From Nitrospinota bacterium (GTDB taxonomy: Bacteria; Nitrospinota_A; UBA7883; JADGGD01), in NCBI GenBank assembly GCA_942491805.1, contig CALOCG010000026.1, positions 24,138 through 88,137 of the forward strand: a stretch of DNA of 64,000 bases, written 5' to 3'. A program made the translations under genes and the position numbers. Below, one piece after another: positions 8,428 to 16,702 of this stretch; the first letter of the stretch is position 1, and the number at the start of each line of letters is the position of its first letter. The notes under the pieces are model-generated. The model did not search any database and was not told where the DNA came from. It was given only the letters and a program-made list of their open reading frames with translations.

Positions 8428-9852
8428 TTATCCGATGGTGAGTCGCGCCAAGAGTCGGCGCCAGTCGCCGATCCCCTCGCCGTAGGCTTCGATGGCCAGT
8501 TCGCTCTCCCGGTCGATCTGGTCGAAACGGAACGAGACCACCGCCACCCCCTCTTCTTCGTGGGTCGATGCGACGGTGGCGGCAAGCTGGAACGAGAGCC
8601 GGTCGCGCCACGGATGATCGACGCCGACGGTGACCCGATCCCCTTCGGCCAACGCGCAACCCGACGGCAAGGCGACGACGATGGTGTCGACGGCCAAGGC
8701 GAGGCAGAAGCCGTTGGCCCCCCCCGCGGGAAGAAGGCTCGCCTCCTCCCCCATATTCGCTTCCAGACGCGCGAGACGTCGTTGCAGATGGTCGATGATC
8801 CCGGCCACCGCCGGATCGACTCCGGTCGGGAGGGTCGCCGTTTCGCCGACGTGGACGGTCACCGGGAAAAACTCCCGATCGTCTTCCGGTTCGGGCAAAG
8901 ACCCCGGCGGCAGGGTGGCGGTCTCGTCGATATCGGCCACCGGCGCCACCCCTTGGTTTTCGGCGGTTTCGTCGACGGCCAGATCGTCGGTATCTTCCTC
9001 TTCCGCCACCTCATCGGCGGGGCCGGTCTGATCCCAACTCAACAGGGGGCCTTGATCGTCGTCGACGGTTTCGTTTTCGCCGCCGGTCGCTTCATCCGCA
9101 TCGTTGACCCACTGCTCCACCCGGTCGTCCTCCGACCCCTCTTCGAGATCGTGGGTGGCGACCATGGCCATGTCGTCGAGATCGTCGCCGAACGAATCTC
9201 CATCTTCCGCCACCGGGTCGACCTGGGTCATGGCGTCGGCCAGGTCGGCGTCGAGTTCGGCGGCCAGGTCGGTATCGTCGACTTCGGGGAGGTCGCGCAA
9301 GGGGTCGGGCATATCGGGGAGATCGTCGAGCGGATCGCCGCCTCCCAGCGCTTCGGCGGCGCCCTCTTCTGCGGCGGCCAATTCTTCGTCGGTCAGTTCG
9401 TCGTTGACGGTCAACGACCCCACCGACGGCTCTTCCTCTTCTTCGACTTCGGGGAGGGAGATCAGGTCGTCGTCGGCCTGCTCCACGTCTCCCAGATGCG
9501 AGCCGTCGGTGGGGAAGTCTTGGGTCGCCTCCTGTTCGACCGGAATCTCTTCGCCGAAGGTGGTCTCCACCGGCTCTTCGCTTTCGACTTCCAAGATGAG
9601 CAGCGGCCACGAACTGTTCTGGGCGACGGTGGCCACCGCTTGCCACGCTTCCCCCTCTTTGACGAAGGGGAAGTAGATCGGGGCGCCGACATCGGGAAGA
9701 AGGGCGCCTTTGTCTTTATTGGAGACGATCAGGGCGACGAGGCTCTCTTTGGTCTTTTTCACCAGACCGGTATATCGGGGGGCGTCGTCCCCTTCGGCTT
9801 CGCAAAAGGTGATTTTGCTATTAACGACAAACGGCGTGGACGGCTGGCCCAT
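8428..9852 (-). CDS. hyper-acidic protein with YcgR-N (PilZN)-like N-terminus and degenerate PilZ-like C-terminus
   Basis: 474-aa ORF and first gene of the operon. Residues ~90-330 are dominated by D/E. The N-terminal ~90 aa and C-terminal ~140 aa (..DDREFFPVTVHV..) are beta-rich and resemble PilZN and PilZ barrels, but the RxxxR / DxSxxG ligand motifs are not intact. Confidence 0.55.
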   Translation of the reverse strand: MGQPSTPFVVNSKITFCEAEGDDAPRYTGLVKKTKESLVALIVSNKDKGALLPDVGAPIYFPFVKEGEAWQAVATVAQNSSWPLLILEVESEEPVETTFGEEIPVEQEATQDFPTDGSHLGDVEQADDDLISLPEVEEEEEPSVGSLTVNDELTDEELAAAEEGAAEALGGGDPLDDLPDMPDPLRDLPEVDDTDLAAELDADLADAMTQVDPVAEDGDSFGDDLDDMAMVATHDLEEGSEDDRVEQWVNDADEATGGENETVDDDQGPLLSWDQTGPADEVAEEEDTDDLAVDETAENQGVAPVADIDETATLPPGSLPEPEDDREFFPVTVHVGETATLPTGVDPAVAGIIDHLQRRLARLEANMGEEASLLPAGGANGFCLALAVDTIVVALPSGCALAEGDRVTVGVDHPWRDRLSFQLAATVASTHEEEGVAVVSFRFDQIDRESELAIEAYGEGIGDWRRLLARLTIG

Positions 9853-10031
9853 GTTTCACTCGCGCGACAATGAGTACTGACGAGGCGTCGAACCGTATCG
9901 ACACCGGAGATGCGGGGTTCATCATAGCCTTATTTTCCGGGGGGTTCAAGGTTGGGGGGGCGCTCCTTGTCAAACCTCGTTACAAGCGCGACCGTAGCGC
10001 TACACCCCTCCGGTCGTGCTACCATTGGCGG

Positions 10032-11792
10032 ATGAGTCTCTTTACCGATCCTCCCCTCTTGGCGATAAAGCTGGTGGCCGCCGGGAAGCTCCCGGAAGAG
10101 AGCCGCACATTGATCGAAGAGCGGGCCGCCGAACGGTTCCCCGGCAAACGGGGAGAGTCGGGCGCCCGTGACGCCATCCGATTTATCGCCCGGATGGGAC
10201 TGACCCGGTCGGGAGGAAACGCTCCCTTGACCGAAGAAGATATCGTCAAGACCGTGGCCGATGTCTTGAAGATCCCCTATCTCAAGATCGATCCCTTAGA
10301 ACTCGATATCCCCGTCGTCGCCCGAACCATCCCGAAACCGTACGCCTTAAAGCATCTGATCCTCCCTCTCTATGAAAGGGAGGGGAAACTGGTGATCGCC
10401 GTGGCCGACCCGGAACAGGGGGAGCCGTTGGAAGGGGTCCGTCGGGCGACGGAACGGGAGTTGACTCTGGTGGTCGCTTCCCCTTCGGAGATCGAGCGGA
10501 TCATCCACGAGTTCTTCGGTATCGACGCTTCCATGCGAGACGAAGGGCGCCCGTTGGGGCCGACCATCGATCTTGGCAATCTGGAGCAGCTCAACCGGAT
10601 CACCTCTCCCGACCAGATCGGCAGCGACGACGCCCCGATCAAAAATGCGGTCGAGTATCTCTTCAACTACGCTTTCGAGTTGCGAGCCAGCGACATTCAT
10701 CTGGAACCGAAGCGTGAATGGTGTCTGGTCCGCTTCAGGATCGACGGTCTGTTGCATGACGTCTATCAGATCCCCAAAGGGGTCTATCAAGCGGTCGCGT
10801 CCCGCATCAAGATGCTCGGGCGCCTTAATATCGCCGAGAAACGACGTCCGCAAGACGGACGTATCCGTATCGAGCGGGAGGATAAGGGGGCGGCGGAACT
10901 TCGCCTTTCGACTATGCCGACCGCTTTCGGCGAAAAGTTGGTGATGCGGGTGCTCCAACCGGAGACTCTTATGCGCGATCTCGACAGCATCGGCTTCTTC
11001 TCCGAAGACCTGATCAAAATCGAGCGGTTCTTAAACCGCCCTCACGGTATCGTCTTGGTAACCGGTCCCACCGGGTCGGGAAAAACGACGACGCTTTATT
11101 CGGCTTTGTCGATCATCAACACCCCCGACCGGAACGTGGTGACCATCGAAGATCCTATCGAAACGGTCGTGGAGGAGTTCAATCAGGTGGCGGTGCAACC
11201 GGCCATCGGTATGGGTTTCGCCTCGGCGTTGCGGACGATCTTGCGGCAAGACCCCGACATCATCATGCTGGGTGAAATACGGGATCATGAAACGGCGGAG
11301 AACGCCATCCAGGCGGCGTTGACCGGCCACCTGGTTCTCTCGACGTTGCACACCAACGACACTTCGTCGGCCATCACCCGGCTGCTCGATCTCGGCCTGA
11401 AACCGTACCAGATCAATGCGGCGATCATCGGGGTGGTGGCGCAACGGCTCATCCGAACCGTCTGCGACAACTGCGCCCGACCGGTGGAGGTGTCCCGCGC
11501 TCGGATGGCCCAGTTCGGGGTGAAGGTGAAGAAAGATTCGATTACGCTGCGTGAAGGGGCCGGATGCGACCAGTGCCGGAATACCGGCTATTTGGGGCGA
11601 ACGGTGGTCTACGAAGTGATGGAAGTCGACGACGGTATCCGCCGTCTCATCGGCGACGGGGCGTCGTCGCAGGAGATCAGAAAAGCGGCGCTGGCCAAGG
11701 GGATGACGCCACTCAAAGAGACCGCCGCGCGAAAAGTGGTAAAGGGAATTTCGACGATGTCGGAACTGATGAAAGTCGGCTTCGGGGATTAA
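10032..11792 (+). CDS. GspE/PilB-family secretion/pilus ATPase (second copy)
   Basis: Walker A GPTGSGKTTT, DPDIIMLGEIRD, TGHLVLSTLHT, CDNC...CDQC tetracysteine, and a T2SSE_N-like region (LKIPYLKIDPLELD). I prefer the ATG at 10032 (586 aa). The track start 9870 would remove the divergent promoter region. Confidence 0.9.
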   Translation: MSLFTDPPLLAIKLVAAGKLPEESRTLIEERAAERFPGKRGESGARDAIRFIARMGLTRSGGNAPLTEEDIVKTVADVLKIPYLKIDPLELDIPVVARTIPKPYALKHLILPLYEREGKLVIAVADPEQGEPLEGVRRATERELTLVVASPSEIERIIHEFFGIDASMRDEGRPLGPTIDLGNLEQLNRITSPDQIGSDDAPIKNAVEYLFNYAFELRASDIHLEPKREWCLVRFRIDGLLHDVYQIPKGVYQAVASRIKMLGRLNIAEKRRPQDGRIRIEREDKGAAELRLSTMPTAFGEKLVMRVLQPETLMRDLDSIGFFSEDLIKIERFLNRPHGIVLVTGPTGSGKTTTLYSALSIINTPDRNVVTIEDPIETVVEEFNQVAVQPAIGMGFASALRTILRQDPDIIMLGEIRDHETAENAIQAALTGHLVLSTLHTNDTSSAITRLLDLGLKPYQINAAIIGVVAQRLIRTVCDNCARPVEVSRARMAQFGVKVKKDSITLREGAGCDQCRNTGYLGRTVVYEVMEVDDGIRRLIGDGASSQEIRKAALAKGMTPLKETAARKVVKGISTMSELMKVGFGD

Positions 11793-11796
11793 CCCC

Positions 11797-12327
11797 CCCT
11801 ACGCGGGGGGCGACGGGCGCCGACGCTCTCTCCTTTCGCCGCCTTCTCCGTAGGCTCCCGCTCGACAGCTCAAGCGACCTCTTCGCAAATAAAGGTTAAA
11901 CCCTACGCGGGGGGCGACGGGCGCCGACGCTCTCTCCTTTCGCCGCCTTCTCCGTAGGCTCCCGCTCGACAGCTCAAGCGACCTCTTCACAAATAAAGGT
12001 TAAACCCTACGCGGGGGGCGACGGGCGCCGACGCTCTCTCCTTTCGCCGCCTTCTCCGTAGGCTCCCGCTCGACAGCTCAAGAGACCTCTTCGCAAATAA
12101 AGGTTAAACCCTACGCGGGGGGCGACGGGCGCCGACGCTCTCCCCTTTCGCCGCCTTCTCCGTAGGCTCCCGCTCGACAGCTCAAGCGACCTCTTCACAA
12201 ATAAAGGTTAAACCCTACGCGGGGGGCGACGGGCGCCGACGCTCTCTCCTTTCGCCGCCTTCTCCGCAGGCTCCCGCTCGACAGCTCAAGCGACCTCTTC
12301 ACAAATAAAGACGGCGACGGGCGCCGA
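11797..12327. repeat. tandem array: five 104-bp units plus a truncated sixth
   Basis: Unit starts are at 11797, 11901, 12005, 12109 and 12213, an exact 104-bp period. Units differ from the first by 1-2 substitutions. The last unit is truncated and followed by a partial ggcgacgggcgccgac. The array fills the whole gap between two convergent stop codons. Confidence 0.95.
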
Positions 12328-13182
12328 CTATGTCGTCGTCACTCCTTTGACGAAAGACGCCTTCCCCTGCAACCGCTCTTCCGCTTCCCGGCGCCTATCC
12401 GCCGTGGCGTAGAGCGCCATCAGGGTCGGGCCGCTACCGCTCATCATGACGGTGATCGGTTGCGGGTCGCTGGTGGCGATCTCCTCTTGCAGCCGGGCCA
12501 ATTGCGGATAGGCGCGCATCATCGCGGGCGCCAGATCGTTGACCATACGCCTCGCCAATCGCATCGGGTCGCCGGAGAGAATATCGCCTACCGTCCCGGC
12601 TTGATCGGCATCGGGGGCGAATGAGAAGGAGCCTTTTTTGTAAGCCTCCAAGGCGCTTATCCCGAAGTCGGGTTTGACCAAGAGCAGGTGATAGACCGGC
12701 GCTTTGGCGAGCCGGGTCAGTCGTTCGCCGACCCCTTCGGCCCGGGCGATACGGCCATCGAGGAAAAAGGGGACGTCGGCGCCGAGCGACGTTGCGATGC
12801 GCAAAAGATCGGCGTCGCTCATGGTGACGTCCCAGAGGCGGAGCAATCCTTTTAACGCCCCGGCGGCATCGGAACTCCCCCCTCCTAATCCGGCCGCCAC
12901 CGGTATCCGTTTTTCGAGATGCGATCGGGCCCCTTTAGCGACGCCGGTGGCTTGCCGGATAGCGTGGGCCGCTTTGACCACCAAATTATCGTCGCCGGTC
13001 AAAGTCTCATCGTCGCAGGTAAATGCGACGCTCGCGTCGTCACTGGCCGTTACCGTCAACCGGTCGGCGAGGGTCACCGGCGCCATGATCGAGTCGAGTT
13101 CGTGGTAGCCGTCGGCCCGTTTTCCGACGACCCGCAAGGTGAGGTTCACCTTGGCGGGGCAGGTGATGATGATCGGTTCCAT
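12328..13182 (-). CDS. ispE: 4-diphosphocytidyl-2-C-methyl-D-erythritol kinase
   Basis: MEPIIITCPAKVNLTLRVVGKRADGYHELDS and GHMP-kinase motif PVAAGLGGGSSDAAG. ATG at 13182. The track ORF is over-extended to 13707. Confidence 0.9.
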   Translation of the reverse strand: MEPIIITCPAKVNLTLRVVGKRADGYHELDSIMAPVTLADRLTVTASDDASVAFTCDDETLTGDDNLVVKAAHAIRQATGVAKGARSHLEKRIPVAAGLGGGSSDAAGALKGLLRLWDVTMSDADLLRIATSLGADVPFFLDGRIARAEGVGERLTRLAKAPVYHLLLVKPDFGISALEAYKKGSFSFAPDADQAGTVGDILSGDPMRLARRMVNDLAPAMMRAYPQLARLQEEIATSDPQPITVMMSGSGPTLMALYATADRRREAEERLQGKASFVKGVTTT

Positions 13183-13371
13183 TGCGACAGTATGCCCAAT
13201 GCGCGACCGAATCGCTATCGACCTTCCTGGCCCTGTCGAGCGCAGACTTTTATTGACCGCCATTGGGCCTGCCGTCCGCGAGGATCGTGTCGAGAACGAG
13301 CCAACGAAGGAGGGGACGCATTTTCTAAACGGAAAGGGGAAAAATAGTCGCAAGACTGCTACTATTCGCCG

Positions 13372-14211
13372 ATGACGAAAAGAACAATCCTCATCACCGG
13401 CGCTTCCTCCGGCATCGGCTACGCCGCCGCTCACGCTTTGCGCGAACGGGGTTACCGGGTTTTCGCCACCGCACGACGACAGGCCGACGTCGACCGATTG
13501 ATCGGCGAAGGGTTCGAAAGCGCTCGGCTCGATTTGGCCGACGAGGCGTGCGTCGATCATGCGACAAGTCGGTTCCTCGAAGCGACCGGTGGCGTCGTCG
13601 ACGCCCTTTTCCATAACGGCGGCTATGGGCAGGTCGGCGCCGTGGAAGATGTCCCCCGCCGCGCCGTCGAGGCCCAGTTCGCCGCCAACGTGTTCGGCGC
13701 CGCTCAACTGACGCGGCTTCTCCTCCCGACGATGCGGCGGCGAGGGGCGGGGCGGATCGTGGTGAACGGGTCGATCCTCGGTCTGGTGGCGATGCCGATG
13801 CGTGGGGTCTATAACGCCAGCAAGTTCGCGTTAGAAGGGCTTTTCGACACCTTACGGCTGGAGCTACGGGGAACCGGTATCGCCGTTTCGCTCATCGAAC
13901 CGGGGCCGATCATCTCCCGGTTCCGGGAGAACGCTCTCGCCCAATTCGAGGCCAACGTCGATGAAGCCGGGTCGATCCACGCCGACCGGTACCAGACGAT
14001 GCGGGAGCGTCTGGAGAAACCGGGGGCGACAAGCCGATTCACGTTGGGGCCGGATGCGGTGGTGGCGGCGTTGATCGACGCCTTGGAAAGCGACCGCCCG
14101 AAAGCTCACTATCCGGTGACGACGCCGGCGAAGGTTTTCCACATCTTGCGCGGGATCTTGCCGACACCGGTCATGGATTGGCTGATCGCCCGACCGGGGG
14201 TTGGCGGTTAG
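13372..14211 (+). CDS. short-chain dehydrogenase/reductase (SDR) family oxidoreductase
   Basis: TGASSGIG cofactor motif, NGG, and YNASK catalytic motif; 279 aa. Confidence 0.85.
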   Translation: MTKRTILITGASSGIGYAAAHALRERGYRVFATARRQADVDRLIGEGFESARLDLADEACVDHATSRFLEATGGVVDALFHNGGYGQVGAVEDVPRRAVEAQFAANVFGAAQLTRLLLPTMRRRGAGRIVVNGSILGLVAMPMRGVYNASKFALEGLFDTLRLELRGTGIAVSLIEPGPIISRFRENALAQFEANVDEAGSIHADRYQTMRERLEKPGATSRFTLGPDAVVAALIDALESDRPKAHYPVTTPAKVFHILRGILPTPVMDWLIARPGVGG

Positions 14212-14585
14212 CGGCCGGTCGGTTTTTTGTAGTATTTGGCGAAGCGGGCCAGTTCGGGGGTGACGTGTTGATCCCGCCAGACCGAGTAACAGAGATCGCC
14301 GGGAGCGGGCCGATAGTCGGGCGCCGTGGGGGGCTGGCCGTCGAGCCCGAACATCTGGCGACAGTAGCGCATCCGTTGTTCGCGGGTGTTCTGCTGTACG
14401 ATCCCCATACGTTCGGGAGCGACGTTGCCGAAGGCGTAGGCGTTTCGTTCGTCGCCGTCGTTGTAGGTGACTTTGGAAGAAGCGGGGGGGCGAAGAGCCG
14501 CTTTGGCGTCACGAGCCATATCGCAGGCCGACGCGCCGACGAGGACGAAACCGACCATCGCCATCCGGGCCAGCCCCTTATCCAT
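14208..14585 (-). CDS. small lipoprotein, unknown function
   Basis: MAMVGFVLVGASAC signal/lipobox; 125 aa; an AT-rich promoter region lies upstream. Confidence 0.5.
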   Translation of the reverse strand: MDKGLARMAMVGFVLVGASACDMARDAKAALRPPASSKVTYNDGDERNAYAFGNVAPERMGIVQQNTREQRMRYCRQMFGLDGQPPTAPDYRPAPGDLCYSVWRDQHVTPELARFAKYYKKPTGR

Positions 14586-14762
14586 TTTTACACTCGTTCC
14601 AGTTATTCTCCCTCTACTTTACACGCAGTTGTCAGAATATCAATATGCCTACCCACATATTCCCCATGTGTTCTCTGTCTATCGCCACAGACATACCACT
14701 AAGAAAAAATCTCTGATTATTCATAAGACTAAGGTGCGTCGCAGCGAAAGCGGATGAGCTTT

Positions 14763-16388
14763 CTATCGGTCTGAATAGGCTGGCTCGCTCCGTAATCGGC
14801 TATCTTCCACCGGCGTCCCAACGGTAAAATGATAGATCGACTGCCGCTTCCCCACGGCCAGTCCCAACAGCTTATGAACCTCGTCGTCGTGAAAACAGCC
14901 GATGCCGGTCCCTCGGACCCCCTCCCCTTCGGCCTCAAGGTAGAGGGCCTGGCCGATCATTCCGGCTTCCCAGAAGAGCCGCCGATACCACCAAGCCCCC
15001 TGCTCTAAAGCGTCCTCCATCCGGGCGACCATGCCAAGCGAGAAGGCCGACAACCCGGCGATCTCTTGTCGGCACGAAACCGTCATCGCTTCGCGTCGCA
15101 AGTCGCCGGTGGCAAGTCGATAGAGGGGGAGGTGTGAAGGCGCCCCTTCGACCGATCCCCACGCGAACGTCGGGGAGAGATCGCCTTTCAATTGGTCGAT
15201 CCCCTCGGCGTCGCGAACCAGAGCATACATCCCCGGCTCGACCCCGTCGACGTTATGGACGAAGAGAACGAGATCGATGAACGGACGCCACGGGAGAGCG
15301 TGGAACGGAATGAAATTTTGTCGCGGCAACGTCATGTCGAGCGACCGCCAGAACGACCGGACCGGCAACGGCGTCCGCCCATCGAACCGTTGGGCCGACC
15401 GGCGACCGATAATCAGATCGACGGCGGACGCTTCGCACGACGACCCGGCGAGCGCTTTGGGGGGCATCGGGTTCCACGGCTTCTCGTCGGTCACCGGTTT
15501 TATGGTGGCGTCACTCACCTCGTTCACGGCGGGCCAGGTATGGAGATGTTTTATCGAGAGACGGTTCGCGGCGCCGCTCCACTCCCCCGCTTCGGCGGCG
15601 TCGGCGAGGGCGTCGACCATCTCGACGGTCACTTTGGAGATATGACCCCGCCCCGGTTCGATCTGCAACAGAAGGTCGGGAACCTCACGTTCGGCGCCGT
15701 CGGAATCGGCGTCACGGTTAAGGCCGAGCAATTTTGTCAGCGTGGAGTCACCTACGTTCGACACCAACCGAGCTTGCCACCCGAGGCCTGCGGCGGCGTA
15801 GGAGAAGGCGGCGACGGCGTGGCCGATGTCGTGTTGGCAATAGCGAAAAGCGCGCATCCCGTATTTCCACTCTTCCCGCCAATGGATCGACGAGAGGGCG
15901 ACGAAGAGGCGACCGAAGGAGCGTTTCGTAAACTCGGCGTTGGGGGTCATCCGCCGTTCGAGCGCATGTTCTTTGGGGCGATAGTGGTAGACTCCGCCGT
16001 CGAGGCCGGGAAGGTCGCCGACGACGACATACCCTTCGGTCGGATGGAGATTTCCCGACGACGGATTGCACCGCAACCCCCACCGGTTCTCGTCGTCGAA
16101 CCCTTTCCAGGCCGCCATGCCGAGGGAGAGCCGCATCAACGCCGAGACCGAGCGAAGGGTCAACATGGCGCTGTTGATCCCGGTCCCTGCGTAGAGTTTG
16201 GCGAAGGGCGCCGTCACCTGATCGTTCGCGTCGAGGGGGAGGGATATTTGCGGGGCGCCCTCGTAGCGACGAAACGGATCGGGTTGCGTATCCCAATCCA
16301 TAAACCCCGGCCCCGGCGCATACCGGTCAGGCGCGTGTTTACTCGCCTCGTGATACCTCCGCGCCGCCGTCCCCTTCTCGTCACTCAT
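14763..16388 (-). CDS. SagB/ThcOx-type tandem nitroreductase-fold dehydrogenase
   Basis: 541 aa. N-terminal RRYHEASKH motif is typical of SagB-type dehydrogenase domains. There are two nitroreductase-like halves; the C-terminal half ends ..GTGIGCFHDDEVHKLLG. Confidence 0.7.
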   Translation of the reverse strand: MSDEKGTAARRYHEASKHAPDRYAPGPGFMDWDTQPDPFRRYEGAPQISLPLDANDQVTAPFAKLYAGTGINSAMLTLRSVSALMRLSLGMAAWKGFDDENRWGLRCNPSSGNLHPTEGYVVVGDLPGLDGGVYHYRPKEHALERRMTPNAEFTKRSFGRLFVALSSIHWREEWKYGMRAFRYCQHDIGHAVAAFSYAAAGLGWQARLVSNVGDSTLTKLLGLNRDADSDGAEREVPDLLLQIEPGRGHISKVTVEMVDALADAAEAGEWSGAANRLSIKHLHTWPAVNEVSDATIKPVTDEKPWNPMPPKALAGSSCEASAVDLIIGRRSAQRFDGRTPLPVRSFWRSLDMTLPRQNFIPFHALPWRPFIDLVLFVHNVDGVEPGMYALVRDAEGIDQLKGDLSPTFAWGSVEGAPSHLPLYRLATGDLRREAMTVSCRQEIAGLSAFSLGMVARMEDALEQGAWWYRRLFWEAGMIGQALYLEAEGEGVRGTGIGCFHDDEVHKLLGLAVGKRQSIYHFTVGTPVEDSRLRSEPAYSDR

Positions 16389-16702
16389 CGCGCTCCTCCG
16401 GTCGCTACTTCGTCTCTCTTAAGTGCCACAGGAAGAGAGGGGATGCAAGGGCCGACGACACACACCGTGATCGGATGGACGTCGCCGTAGCCGACGGTCG
16501 TCAGCGTGCCCCACCCACCAAAGACAATGGAATACCGCGCTTCCGATCTGCGACAATAGGCGGAACCCGATGCTTGACCGCGAAGATCGTGACGGCCCCC
16601 CCTCCAGAAGATCGAGCCGAGCGCAGGTGTCGGCGGAGAGACCGGGGAGGGTATCTATGGTGAAACCGATGAGCGATATGACAGCTACCAAGGAACGCAC
16701 CG

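Noticed and set aside
9870-10031. 54-codon N-terminal extension of the second GspE-like ATPase
   Set aside because: The extension has no T2SSE_N similarity and would consume the divergent promoter region shared with the operon starting at 9852. The ATG at 10032 gives a normal-length protein. The upstream start cannot be fully excluded.
11799-12198. Two near-identical 63-aa minus ORFs (11799..11990 and 12007..12198)
   Set aside because: They are generated by the 104-bp tandem repeat, each spanning two units. There is no RBS, the sequence is a highly basic low-complexity peptide, and the identity simply mirrors the DNA repeat.
11797-12327. Possibility that the periodic array is a CRISPR locus
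   Set aside because: The entire 104-bp period is repeated nearly identically. There are no unique spacers, no 25-40-bp repeat/spacer alternation, and no cas genes in the window.
12328-13707. 459-aa version of ispE
   Set aside because: The N-terminal 175 residues have no IspE homology and run antisense into the SDR gene. The canonical MEPIIITCPAKVNL start is at 13182.
15192-16490. 432-aa plus-strand ORF opposite the SagB-type gene. Similar long shadows occur at 16685..17896, 24004..25506, 28104..29699, 38515..39573, 51421..52509, 53331..54287 and 55233..56645.
   Set aside because: All of these are antisense to genes with clear family signatures and show the same Arg/Gly/Pro/His-rich, motif-free composition.
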